From assembly GCA_964389675.1 (NCBI GenBank), contig CAYMEV010000014.1, forward strand, positions 62,001 to 95,967: a stretch of 33,967 nucleotides of DNA. Direction: 5' to 3'. This stretch comes from an uncultured Candidatus Sumerlaeota bacterium (GTDB lineage: Bacteria > CAYMEV01). Positions 1-9,367 of this stretch are shown piece by piece. The position numbers were made by a program, and so were the translations under genes. The notes beneath the pieces were generated by a model that saw only the letters and a program-made list of their open reading frames with translations, did not search any database and was not told where the DNA came from. The stretch's first letter is position 1. The number at the start of each line of letters is the position of its first letter.

Positions 1-297
1 AGGAATTTATGCATAGGGTGTGCTATCTGTGTCAATCTATGCCCTGAAGGGTTTGCAATGAAAGATGGTATAGCTTATGTTACAGACAGCGATGCGGATT
101 GCGTGGATAAAGCAATGGAAGAATGCCCGACCGGGGCAATAAAGGAAGATGGCCTGGGGGAAAATGAGCTGGCTGATAATGATATGCCGCCTTCAAATAT
201 GCCTCGGGCAGGCCGGGGAAAAGGCAGAGGCATGGGAAGAGGGCCCATGGATGGAAGGGGTGCAGGGAAAAAGAAAGGCGGAAGAAAAAGGAGGTAA
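1..297 (+). CDS. 4Fe-4S ferredoxin with Gly/Arg-rich C-terminal tail (5' partial)
   Basis: Frame is open from base 1: RNLCIGCAICVNLCPEGFAMKDG...AMEECPTGAI (CxxCxxCxxxCP plus distal CP). The ORF-track start at 58 is internal. Tail is GRGKGRGMGRGPMDGRGAG. Confidence 0.85.
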   Translation, partial: RNLCIGCAICVNLCPEGFAMKDGIAYVTDSDADCVDKAMEECPTGAIKEDGLGENELADNDMPPSNMPRAGRGKGRGMGRGPMDGRGAGKKKGGRKRR

Positions 298-300
298 TTT

Positions 301-663
301 ATGCCATGGATCAAAAAAGAGATTTGTACTGGCTGCGGTGTATGTATTGACAGTTGCCCGGTTGATACCATATACCTCGAAGATCAGACAGCAATCATTG
401 ATATGAATGGATGTATCAGGTGCGGTATATGCCATGATGCCTGCCCTATGGACGCAGTAAGGCATGATAGTGAAAAGACTGAAGAAGATATCCAGTCAAA
501 CCTTGATCTGACTGAAAAGTGCATGAAAGAATGTATTTTGCACCTTGGCAGTGAAAAAGAGGGGCAGAAATGCCTTAACAGGATGATCAAGCATTTCAGC
601 AGGCAGAAAAAGGTGATTGAAAAGACACTTGCAGCATTGCGGGATATCAAGGGTCAGCCCTGA
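301..663 (+). CDS. 2x[4Fe-4S] ferredoxin-domain protein with helical C-terminal extension
   Basis: CTGCGVCIDSCP and CIRCGICHDACP motifs; GGAGGT RBS just upstream. Confidence 0.9.
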   Translation: MPWIKKEICTGCGVCIDSCPVDTIYLEDQTAIIDMNGCIRCGICHDACPMDAVRHDSEKTEEDIQSNLDLTEKCMKECILHLGSEKEGQKCLNRMIKHFSRQKKVIEKTLAALRDIKGQP

Positions 664-719
664 TATGGTTCTTATAGAAAATTTAAGCTTCAGATGCCTG
701 AAAGCTTCATCATTGCCTG

Positions 720-1352
720 ATGGATAAAATAAAAATATTTGATAAATATTTCAAAGAATATGACGATTGGTTCATTGAAAATGAAAAACTGTATCTCTCT
801 GAGATGAAAGTAATCAGGAGCCTGATGCCTTCATTTAATGAGGCTCTTGAGATAGGTGTGGGAACCGGCAGGTTTGCTTCTCCCCTGGGTATAAAGACAG
901 GGGTTGAGCCATCGGAAAATATGGCCGGGCATGCCCGAAGGAGGGGTATTGATGTCCATACAGGGATCGCGGAGGATCTGCCCTTTGCTGATAACAGCTT
1001 TGACCTTGCATTGATGGTCACCACGGTATGCTTTGTGAATGATGCGCTTAAGTCAGTCAGGGAGGCTTACAGGGTGCTTAAGGAGAATGGCTGTCTTATA
1101 ATCGGGTTTATTGATAAAGAAAGCGAGCTTGGAAAAGAATATCAGAGGAAAAAGGAAAAAAGCCGATTCTACGGCCCTGCAACCTTTTTTTCAACCCGGG
1201 AGATTATCCGTATGCTGAAAAAAGCACATTTCACAGACCTGAAAATAAAACAAAGCCTGTTTTTCATAAATGGCGGGATTGATACAGAAAGCATGGCGGA
1301 TGGATATGGGTCAGGGAGTTTCGTGGCCGTAAAAGCCATGAAAAAAGGATAA
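720..1352 (+). CDS. Class I SAM-dependent methyltransferase
   Basis: Motif I LEIGVGTGRF; AEDLPFADNSFD; EAYRVLKENG. Confidence 0.9.
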   Translation: MDKIKIFDKYFKEYDDWFIENEKLYLSEMKVIRSLMPSFNEALEIGVGTGRFASPLGIKTGVEPSENMAGHARRRGIDVHTGIAEDLPFADNSFDLALMVTTVCFVNDALKSVREAYRVLKENGCLIIGFIDKESELGKEYQRKKEKSRFYGPATFFSTREIIRMLKKAHFTDLKIKQSLFFINGGIDTESMADGYGSGSFVAVKAMKKG

Positions 1353-1389
1353 GGGTATAAAGCAGAAATTATAACATTAAGCTGTTTTT

Positions 1390-1398
1390 TGCTATAAT
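1390..1398 (+). promoter_or_regulatory. Extended -10 promoter element
   Basis: TGCTATAAT about 36 nt before the ATG at 1435. Confidence 0.45.
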
Positions 1399-1434
1399 AT
1401 TGTTTATTTACCTAACCATAAAGGAGGAGGGATA

Positions 1435-2094
1435 ATGAGAACAGTAATTTTTCTGTTAATTCTGGGGATTCTTCTGCTTCCTGCAGGCTTAAGAGGGGAG
1501 ATCCTTACTGCCACCCATACTGTCACTCAGGCAGATCCTGCCGGAGATGTAAGTGACAGCGGTGATGATCCCGGCAAGGATATAGTGGAAGTCACAGTAG
1601 AAACAGACGGAAAGCAGATGAATATCACCATTGTTCTTGACAGGGAGGCGAAGTATTATCTGGAAGGGCACCAGGCAGGTGATGTAGCAGATGTCATTAT
1701 CGATGCGGACAATAACTGCAAAACTGGTGGAAAACCCTTTTTCTACCAGGGGGAAGGCGGATTTGACTACCAGATCCAGGTCGGCATGTGCATTGAATAT
1801 GAAAATGGAGGGATAGCATGTGCAGGAGCGCTGAATAATGTAAAAGCAGTCAACTTCTTTTCCACCTATGACCTGGACAGGTTCGCAGAAGGTGATAAGA
1901 TGGAAGATATCAGTGAAACCTTCAACTGGAAGGACAGGGGTAAAGATATACAGGGAGCGAGTGTGGAGGTATCCATCCCCTATGACCTGATGAAGCTTTC
2001 CCCCGGCCAGAAGATAAGGCTGGCTGTGAAGGAGAGGGATGATGCAACCTTCAAGGAGGAATACCTGCCCGAAGTACTGCTTACAGTCAAATAG
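1435..2094 (+). CDS. Secreted hypothetical beta-sandwich protein (possibly DOMON/carbohydrate-binding-like)
   Basis: AAGGAGG RBS; hydrophobic signal peptide; DPAGD and DADNNxxTG acidic motifs. The fold assignment is an inference. Confidence 0.6.
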   Translation: MRTVIFLLILGILLLPAGLRGEILTATHTVTQADPAGDVSDSGDDPGKDIVEVTVETDGKQMNITIVLDREAKYYLEGHQAGDVADVIIDADNNCKTGGKPFFYQGEGGFDYQIQVGMCIEYENGGIACAGALNNVKAVNFFSTYDLDRFAEGDKMEDISETFNWKDRGKDIQGASVEVSIPYDLMKLSPGQKIRLAVKERDDATFKEEYLPEVLLTVK

Positions 2095-2343
2095 GCATTA
2101 GAGCATGTTATCAGGGTGCCTGCGGAATACAGGAACTGGACCCCTGCACTGCCTGGATAGTTTTCTCGGGCCTTTACCCCTGCTATTAAAGATGGATTAT
2201 GAAAGCAGTCATCAGGCTTTCCTTTATAATGCAGGCCCCTGATCTGTCATTAGAATTGCATAATAAGCACTTTTTTATTTATCTTACCGGCATTTAATGA
2301 AGATGAGCCTGCAATTAAATTTAGATTTGTATTGCAGGATTTA

Positions 2344-2370
2344 TTGACAGGGTCAGCTGTATGATATAAA
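2344..2370 (+). promoter_or_regulatory. Putative sigma70 promoter for the CGGC/radical SAM/DUF89 operon
   Basis: TTGACA at 2344 and TGnTATAAA ending 2370; the 15-nt spacer is short. Confidence 0.4.
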
Positions 2371-2455
2371 CATATTGGACAGACTGGCAAAAATGCAGGA
2401 TATAGTGTCCTGCCTGAGTTAATTTTAAATTCTATGTAAGGAGAGAGAAAACAGA

Positions 2456-2893
2456 GTGAAGATAGGAATCATAATATGTGACCGCTATAAAAGCTGTGCA
2501 GGCGGAAAATGCTTCCGCTCAGCGAAAAACAGGGAGGGAGCCTTTGATATCTACAGTAAGGATGAGCCTCTCGATGTGGTAGGCTATACAACCTGCGGGG
2601 GATGCCCGGGGGGAAACATTGAATACTGCCCTGAAGAAATGATAAAAAACGGGGCCGAAGCAATTCACCTGGCTACTGGTCTTGTTGTGGGATACCCGCC
2701 CTGTCCCCGCATCGATCATTTCAAAAGATTCATTGAGGAAAAGTACAAAATACCAGTTGTAATAGGGACACACCCCATCCCCCAGAAGTATCTGATTACA
2801 CACAGGAATCTTGGAACCTGGCAGGGGGCGAAATGGGCTGAAGTTACCTCCCCAACCATGTGTGGTGAAGCTTTAAGGAAGCAGTACGACTGA
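2456..2893 (+). CDS. CGGC domain protein
   Basis: KIGIIIC...CAGGKC, TCGGCPG, IHLATG, PPCP, VVIGTH; GTG start after AAGGAG. Confidence 0.9.
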   Translation: MKIGIIICDRYKSCAGGKCFRSAKNREGAFDIYSKDEPLDVVGYTTCGGCPGGNIEYCPEEMIKNGAEAIHLATGLVVGYPPCPRIDHFKRFIEEKYKIPVVIGTHPIPQKYLITHRNLGTWQGAKWAEVTSPTMCGEALRKQYD

Positions 2894-2898
2894 CAATC

Positions 2899-3867
2899 AT
2901 GTATAAATACCTTTTCGGGCCTGTACCCTCAAGAAGGCTTGGTATGTCACTCGGTATTGACCTTGTGCCGAAAAAAGTGTGCTCGCTTGACTGTGTCTAT
3001 TGTGAAGTAGGCAAGACTACGAAACTTACAGTGGAAAGAATGGAATATATCCCCTGTGATAGAATAATCAGTGAACTGAAGCATTATTTTGATAATAATC
3101 CTGATCCTGATTATATTACCTTTTCAGGCTCAGGCGAACCGACACTTAATGTCCGCATAGGGGATATTATAAGCTTCATAAAGGGCATAAAGCCTGATGT
3201 GCCTGTAGCCGTGCTGACAAACGGGACTCTTCTATGGGATAAAAGGGTAAGGGAAGATATTGTTTCTGCTGACCTTGTCCTTCCTTCACTTGATGCTGCG
3301 ACTGCCGATGTTTTTAAGAAAATAAACCGGCATGAAGAATCACTTGATGTAAAAAGGCATATAGAGGGACTGGTTGAGTTTAGAAAGGAATTTGCCGGCA
3401 GGATATGGCTTGAGGTCTTCATCCTGCCTGGATATAATGATACATACGAGGAACTGGCAGAGCTAAAAAAGGCAATAATCAGGATAAGGCCTGATTCTGT
3501 CCAGCTTAACAGCCTGGACAGGCCCGGCACACTGCCCGGCCTGAAGGCTGCCAAAAGAGAAGAACTGCAGAAAATACTCGACCTGTGGGGCCTGGAAAAT
3601 GGTGAGGTTATTGTATCCGCACCGAAAAGGAAAGAGTTGAGGGCCTACAGGAAGGATGCTGAGAACGCTATACTGAACACAATAAGAAGAAGGCCGTGTA
3701 CTGCTGATGACCTCGCTGAAATTCTCGGAATGCATATAAATGAGATAAACAAGTATCTTGATGTACTTGAAGCTGAAGGGAGAATAAAGGCTGTAATGCA
3801 GGACAGGGGCGCTTTCTATCAGGAAAATAAAGAGATAAACGGAGATGATAATGAAAACAGCGATTGA
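2899..3867 (+). CDS. Radical SAM protein (COG0731/Tyw1-related type) with C-terminal winged-helix
   Basis: FGPVPSRRLGxSLG N-terminus, CSLDCVYC, SGSGEPTL, VLTNG; C-terminal RRPCTADDLAEILG HTH-like segment. Confidence 0.88.
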   Translation: MYKYLFGPVPSRRLGMSLGIDLVPKKVCSLDCVYCEVGKTTKLTVERMEYIPCDRIISELKHYFDNNPDPDYITFSGSGEPTLNVRIGDIISFIKGIKPDVPVAVLTNGTLLWDKRVREDIVSADLVLPSLDAATADVFKKINRHEESLDVKRHIEGLVEFRKEFAGRIWLEVFILPGYNDTYEELAELKKAIIRIRPDSVQLNSLDRPGTLPGLKAAKREELQKILDLWGLENGEVIVSAPKRKELRAYRKDAENAILNTIRRRPCTADDLAEILGMHINEINKYLDVLEAEGRIKAVMQDRGAFYQENKEINGDDNENSD

Positions 3868-4723
3868 ATGTATCCCATGCCTCATAAAGCAGGCAGTAGA
3901 TTCAGCAATGCTTGTAACAGATGATGAAAGGGCGATAGGCAATATACTGAAGATGGTCTTTGCAGAGTTTTCAAAAATCGACCTGTCATTGACGCCACCA
4001 GAGATAGCCAGTATAGTGCAGTCAATAATAAGAAACGAGCTGAAAAACAGCGACCCGTACCTTTTGATTAAGGAAAAATCCACGAAAAAGGCTTTTGAAC
4101 TGGCACCGGAGGCTGAAAAAGCAATATATGATTCAGAAGACCCTTTTTCCACATCCATTGCATTTGCAATAGCCGGTAATATACTGGATTTTGCAAAAAA
4201 TATAAGCTGGGATGAGGAGCTTATTTCCAATACTTTTTCAGTAGCTCTTGATAAAGCATCAAAATTTGATAAGAAAAAGGTCAATAGCCTTTTCAATGAG
4301 TTAAGCAATGCTTCAATTGTGCTTATGCTCGGGGATAATGCAGGCGAAGCGGTATTTGATAATATACTGATAAAAAACCTGCCGGGAGCAGCCAAAGTCT
4401 ATTATGCCGTCAAATCATCACCGGTAATTAATGATGTTACAATGAAGGAGGCACTGCAGTCAGGAATAGATAAAAATGCCGTGATAATTGAAAACGGTGC
4501 TGATATTCCGGGAACAGTCCTGGAAACCTGCTCCCCAGAGTTCATTGATATCTTTCACAGGGCAGATGTGGTTTTGTCCAAGGGGCAGGGCAATTATGAG
4601 ACACTCAATTCAGAAAAAAGGAAGATATGGTTCCTGTTCCAGGTTAAATGCCCTGTTATTGGAGGGCACTGCGGTTTTGACAAAGGAAGCTGGATAATCC
4701 TTGAAAAGCCATCCATTTATTAG
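3851..4723 (+). CDS. DUF89/ARMT1-like damage-control phosphatase
   Basis: ECIPC, DPY..K, AGNILD, DNAGE, IND, KGQGNYE, VKC motifs. GGAG at 3841 favours the ATG at 3851; overlaps the upstream gene. Confidence 0.9.
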   Translation: MKTAIECIPCLIKQAVDSAMLVTDDERAIGNILKMVFAEFSKIDLSLTPPEIASIVQSIIRNELKNSDPYLLIKEKSTKKAFELAPEAEKAIYDSEDPFSTSIAFAIAGNILDFAKNISWDEELISNTFSVALDKASKFDKKKVNSLFNELSNASIVLMLGDNAGEAVFDNILIKNLPGAAKVYYAVKSSPVINDVTMKEALQSGIDKNAVIIENGADIPGTVLETCSPEFIDIFHRADVVLSKGQGNYETLNSEKRKIWFLFQVKCPVIGGHCGFDKGSWIILEKPSIY

Positions 4724-4782
4724 AAGGCGGTCATTTATAATATCAGTTTTTTAAATATAGACTATAGCCTGCAAATATGATT

Positions 4783-5391
4783 TTATGATGCCAGTTTCTC
4801 TCCTAAACGAAACGCCTTTTCGAGATAGGTTTCTATTCCCCGGGTTTCCAGTGCCCCTGCATAAAGGTCTCCTGTCAGTCTGGTATTCAGACAGCTTTTC
4901 ATCACAGCCTTGATCTGTTTGCCTGCATCATTGCAGACAGGCTTTAAAATTGGCGGTATTGTGGCATTTGTTATTATTATCCCAAGCCTTCTTTCTTTAG
5001 GGGATCTTGGTCTCGGTATGCCCTTTATGCCGAATACCTTTCCCTTAGGCTCTGCAAAGCACCAGACAATCCTTTCCAGGAATATTGACACGAGACCCGT
5101 TACACATCCGGAATGCAGGGGATTTCCCATGATATAGGCATCTGCCTCATAAATAAGGTCATACAGCATATCCATGTCATCACGCATAGCACATCTGACA
5201 TAGGGTTCATTTGTAACAGCATCCCTGCATTTAAGGCAGTTCATGCATGGCTTTATATCATAATCGATCAGGTCCACCCTGGTAATATTTATATCCGGCC
5301 TTTTTGCCTTTGCGCCCTCAACTGCCTTATTTATGAGAGTTTCAGTAGATTTGCCCTTTCTCGGACTGCCTGATACTGCTAATAGGTTCAT
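4783..5391 (-). CDS. Flavodoxin-fold iron-sulfur flavoprotein (NADPH-dependent FMN reductase family)
   Basis: GSPRKGKST FMN-phosphate loop; CMNCLKC-x11-C cysteine motif; start moved to MNLLAV after GAAGGGAG. Confidence 0.85.
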   Translation of the reverse strand: MNLLAVSGSPRKGKSTETLINKAVEGAKAKRPDINITRVDLIDYDIKPCMNCLKCRDAVTNEPYVRCAMRDDMDMLYDLIYEADAYIMGNPLHSGCVTGLVSIFLERIVWCFAEPKGKVFGIKGIPRPRSPKERRLGIIITNATIPPILKPVCNDAGKQIKAVMKSCLNTRLTGDLYAGALETRGIETYLEKAFRLGEKLAS

Positions 5392-5492
5392 TGGATTGTC
5401 TCCCTTCAAAAAATATGATTATGCCTGATATTATATTTCAATTTTAGTTCAATATCAATACCAATTGAAGAAAGTAAATCTAAATTTATTGC

Positions 5493-5521
5493 TTGTCTGC
5501 AAATCCCTGGAGGATTATAAT
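5493..5521 (+). promoter_or_regulatory. Putative sigma70 promoter
   Basis: TTGTCT-17 nt-TATAAT upstream of the 5558 CDS. Confidence 0.55.
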
Positions 5522-5557
5522 ATAAGTCAGTGAATCCTTCTGGAGGGAGGCAAAAAT

Positions 5558-5899
5558 ATGATGAAGAGCAAGGCTTTATTTATTATTTTTATGCTCATGG
5601 CTTTATCTGAACTTCACTCTACAAAGGTATATACGGTGGATTATGAAAGCCGGGCTGATGTAAAGGTATATGTGGTAGAATATGAAAGCCAGGCTGACCT
5701 GAATGTCTACAGGGTTGAATATGAGAGCCAGGCAAAGAAGAATGACGGAAAATGGTATTTTACCAGGTATGAGAGCCGGGCTGAAAAGAAGATATTTTTT
5801 GTTGAGTATGAAAGCCAGGCAGATGTGAAGATATACTTTGTTGAGTATGAAAGCCAGGCAGGCTGGCGAAGCAATGAAAAAAAGCATCTGTTCTATTGA
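5558..5899 (+). CDS. Secreted short-repeat protein (DUF6150-like)
   Basis: Signal peptide followed by six YES(Q/R)A-containing repeats of about 13 aa, e.g. KVYVVEYESQADL. Confidence 0.75.
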   Translation: MMKSKALFIIFMLMALSELHSTKVYTVDYESRADVKVYVVEYESQADLNVYRVEYESQAKKNDGKWYFTRYESRAEKKIFFVEYESQADVKIYFVEYESQAGWRSNEKKHLFY

Positions 5900-6132
5900 T
5901 AAAGCAGTTCAGAATAGGTGATGCATGTTCCTCTTTGAACCATTCCAATTTCTTCCCCGGGGAAGAATAGCATAATGTCGCCGTGTCATATGATTCAATA
6001 ATTCCTTAAAACAGGCCTAAAATTATTAGAGATTTTTCTGAAAGTATCAGAAATAAAAGACAGGGTCGGTGCATTTATTGAAAAGCACAGGAGTTCATGC
6101 TCAATTCTACAGATTTTCTGGCAAGGTTTGTA

Positions 6133-6161
6133 TTGACAGGCAGAGTATTTAAATATAAATT
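6133..6161 (+). promoter_or_regulatory. Putative sigma70 promoter
   Basis: TTGACA-17 nt-TAAATT upstream of the 6260 CDS. Confidence 0.45.
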
Positions 6162-6259
6162 TGAAAAAAACTTGCAGCAGCTGTCCGGGATTTATAATAA
6201 ATAACTGTTAACCGGAAGTGGCAGGTACAAATTATAACCTTGAACTGTAGGAGAACAAG

Positions 6260-6679
6260 ATGAGATTCTTATTCATTATGAACAGATCAGCAATTGCAGG
6301 AGCTCTATCAGGAACACTGTTTCTGGGGATTGCTTTCCGCCTGATAACCCTTTTAATAGCATATATCCGCACTGATCCACTGAACCTTACAATGCATAAC
6401 ATGGCGGAAGTGCTGCTGCTTAGCCTTGTATTAGGGATTATCGGGGGGATATTGTTCTGCATTCTGCATGAAATATTTAAAGACATGAGATTGAAGATCG
6501 CAGGAATGATCAGCTCCATTTTCCTCTTTGTCACACTGGGCCTGGTACAGATCTTAAGAGGGTTTATCAGCCTTTCCCTGCTTCCTGTCCAGCTTGCCAT
6601 GTTCCTGCTGGCCCTTGCCATGTTTCTGCTTTATGGAATATTCCTGGCCGTTCTGGCTGAAAAACTGATAAAGAATTAA
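6260..6679 (+). CDS. Hypothetical 4-TM membrane protein
   Basis: AGGAG RBS; four hydrophobic segments. Confidence 0.7.
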   Translation: MRFLFIMNRSAIAGALSGTLFLGIAFRLITLLIAYIRTDPLNLTMHNMAEVLLLSLVLGIIGGILFCILHEIFKDMRLKIAGMISSIFLFVTLGLVQILRGFISLSLLPVQLAMFLLALAMFLLYGIFLAVLAEKLIKN

Positions 6680-6681
6680 GG

Positions 6682-6873
6682 GTGAAGAATATGAAATCTA
6701 ATACTAATATTTGCTGGCTGCCCTTCCTGTTTCTCCTGTTGGGAACTATCGGCCTGCTCTTAAATGAATTTGCCGTTAAACTGGATACTGCATGTGTCAT
6801 TATATCTGCACTGCTGAATCTCATCGGGCTGTTCATGCTGTTTGTCTATCCGGGATACATCAGGAAAAGATAA
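6682..6873 (+). CDS. Small 2-TM hypothetical protein
   Basis: Begins 2 nt after the previous stop; two hydrophobic helices and a basic C-terminus. True start may be the ATG at 6691. Confidence 0.55.
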   Translation: MKNMKSNTNICWLPFLFLLLGTIGLLLNEFAVKLDTACVIISALLNLIGLFMLFVYPGYIRKR

Positions 6874-7314
6874 GATACAGATTAAAAACAGAGTGGCCAT
6901 TCATGGTAAAAGATAGGTCTCTCTCCCTTCAGGAGTGAGAGCAAACAAATATCTGGATCATGTATAATCTGTATAATCCATGCATATATCCTCATAGTCT
7001 GTTATGGATCTGTTATGCATAATTCTGCTTTAATCCAGTATTACAGTTTAACCTCATATTTAAGCAAAAATAAAAGCAGGGCCAAAATACACCTTTTAAA
7101 AAAAATGCACTTACTAAATCAATAACACTTAATGACTGCAGTTCTAATATTTGAAAATGGATTAATATTTTTTCAGCAAATAAAAATTTATTATAAAAAG
7201 TAAAATATTGGTTTGATAAAATTGATTAAACTGCAAAATTATGCTAAAATAATAAAAAGCATTATATGACTTACTAAAACTGAATTAAGAAAAAATAGAA
7301 TGGAGGGGGCCTTT

Positions 7315-9333
7315 ATGAAGTATTATTTTTCAATGATTCTGTTGATCAATGCTTTTTCATTTGCCTATGCCCAGCCTGATTTTCTCTGGGCTAATCAGGC
7401 CGGAGGCGCAGGCAATGAGGTTTCCTTTTCAATTGAGACTGATGGCTCAGGTAATTCTTTTGTTTCCGGTTACTATGAGGGAACAGCATCATTTGGCACT
7501 TATGACCTTGTATCTGCAGGAAGTTTTGATGTATTTATAACCAGGCTGGATACTGACGGTAATTTCCTGTGGGCAGTATCCGCAGGAGGGACAGGAGCTG
7601 AATTTATATATGGAGGAGCTCTTGACACTTCCGGGAATTATTATCTGACAGGCTTTTTTATGGGAACAGCAAACTTCGGTCCAACTATGCTTGTATCTAC
7701 AGGATATCAGGATTTTTTTATTGCCAAAATTGACACTGATGGCAATTTCCTCTGGGCCAAAAGAGCAGGAGGAGCTGAAAATACCATGGGATATGATGTG
7801 ACAGTAGCTTCATCAGGCAATATATACTGCACAGGACAATTTTACGGGACTGCTTATTTTGGATCAACAGAGCTGATAGCAGGAGCTTCATCTCAGGCCC
7901 TTTTTGTAACTGCACTGGATGCTGATGGCAATTTCTTGTGGGCAAGGAGTGCAGGTGGTGATGATAGTTATACCTATGGCCTGGGTATTATTACTGATTC
8001 CTCTGAAAATGTATATATTACCGGCACGTATTTTGGTTCTGTCTCATTTGGCCCATACAACATTAGCAGTGCAATTGGCGACTATGATATTTTTGCAGCA
8101 GCCCTTGATGCAAACGGCAGCTGGCTGTGGGCCCAGAGTGCCGGAGGAAATTACCCTGACGAGGGACGGGGAATTGATATCGGGCCTGACGGCAATATTA
8201 TTATTTCTGGATACTTTTTTGATTCAGCATCCTTTGGCTCTATTGACATTGTATCTTACGGTGGCTCTGATATATTCTTTGCCAAAATTGACCCGGACGG
8301 CAATTTCCTGTGGGCAGTATCGGCAGGAGGAACAGTAAGTGATATAGCATATTCTATAAAAATAGATTCTGCTGGAAATATATATGGAACAGGCCGTTTT
8401 GAGGGCACTGCATCCTTTGGTTCAAGTTCAACAGAGCTGATATCAGCCGGAAGTTTAGATGCTTTTATCGCCATGGCTGATCCTGACGGTAATTTCATCT
8501 GGGCTGAAAGAGCAGGCGGGACAGAATATGACATCGGGCAGGGTATCAGCCTGGATGATTACGGCAGGGTGTATGTTTCCGGGTTTTTCTCCGGGACAGC
8601 TTACTTTGATTCAATTGAAATTGTCGGAGGTGGTTATGACGATGTTTTCATTGCAAAGCTTGAGGGTGGCCCCGATGCATCGATCCTGCCCGCTGATATA
8701 ACATATTCGCCAGGCCTTCCTCAGCCGGGTGATACAGTGACAATCAATGCCAGGGTATATAATCTTGGCGACACTGAGCTTGATTCAGGAAATGCAGGTT
8801 TTTACTGGAGCATTGAGCCTGACGTAGACCTTCAGCTGATCGGGACAGTCCCCTTCGGACCTTTACTGCCTGGCGATTATGAAGATGTTGCTGTTGACTG
8901 GGTGACAGCACCGGATATGGACCCTATGAGCTATATCATCACTGTTGTGCTGTCGGATGTGCTTGCCTGGGAATCAAGAAAAGATAATAATACAGCATCA
9001 ATGGAGCTTCCCCTTCCTGTTGACCTTGGATACTTTTCTGCAACAGGGATAGGGAACAGGGCGAATATTGCATGGATGACAGTCTCTGAAACCGATAATC
9101 TCGGATTCAATATATACAGGATGAGAGGGGATAAAATAAATCAGTTCATAGCATTTTTTCCTGTAAGGCTGAACTCAGACCTTATTCCGGGACAGGGGAC
9201 GTCATCAGAGCCAAAGACATACTGCTTTACCGATTATGTAAAAAACCATGCAAATTATATCTATATACTGGAATCTGTCTCAACCGGGGGAGAGACCCAG
9301 GAATTCAAGACAAGGCTTGAATGGCTTAATTAA
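7315..9333 (+). CDS. Secreted SBBP-like beta-propeller protein with CARDB-like Ig domain and LPVxL C-terminal module
   Basis: Signal peptide (..AYA/QP); about seven repeats of DxxGNxYxTGxFxGTAxFG...DxFIAKxDxDGNFLWAxxAGG; PQPGDTVTINARVYNLG...ESRKDNN; LPVDLGYFSA...WMTVSETDNLGFNIYR. GGAGGGGG precedes the ATG at 7315. Confidence 0.85.
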   Translation: MKYYFSMILLINAFSFAYAQPDFLWANQAGGAGNEVSFSIETDGSGNSFVSGYYEGTASFGTYDLVSAGSFDVFITRLDTDGNFLWAVSAGGTGAEFIYGGALDTSGNYYLTGFFMGTANFGPTMLVSTGYQDFFIAKIDTDGNFLWAKRAGGAENTMGYDVTVASSGNIYCTGQFYGTAYFGSTELIAGASSQALFVTALDADGNFLWARSAGGDDSYTYGLGIITDSSENVYITGTYFGSVSFGPYNISSAIGDYDIFAAALDANGSWLWAQSAGGNYPDEGRGIDIGPDGNIIISGYFFDSASFGSIDIVSYGGSDIFFAKIDPDGNFLWAVSAGGTVSDIAYSIKIDSAGNIYGTGRFEGTASFGSSSTELISAGSLDAFIAMADPDGNFIWAERAGGTEYDIGQGISLDDYGRVYVSGFFSGTAYFDSIEIVGGGYDDVFIAKLEGGPDASILPADITYSPGLPQPGDTVTINARVYNLGDTELDSGNAGFYWSIEPDVDLQLIGTVPFGPLLPGDYEDVAVDWVTAPDMDPMSYIITVVLSDVLAWESRKDNNTASMELPLPVDLGYFSATGIGNRANIAWMTVSETDNLGFNIYRMRGDKINQFIAFFPVRLNSDLIPGQGTSSEPKTYCFTDYVKNHANYIYILESVSTGGETQEFKTRLEWLN

Positions 9334-9341
9334 GAATATAT

Positions 9342-9367
9342 AAAGGGACAGCTGGCGCTGTCCCTTT
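9342..9367 (+). terminator. Intrinsic terminator-like hairpin
   Basis: AAAGGGACAGC-TGGC-GCTGTCCCTTT, a perfect 11-bp stem 8 nt after the stop codon. Confidence 0.7.

Noticed and set aside
3463-4395. 310-aa minus-strand ORF
   Set aside because: Antisense to the well-supported radical SAM and DUF89 genes.
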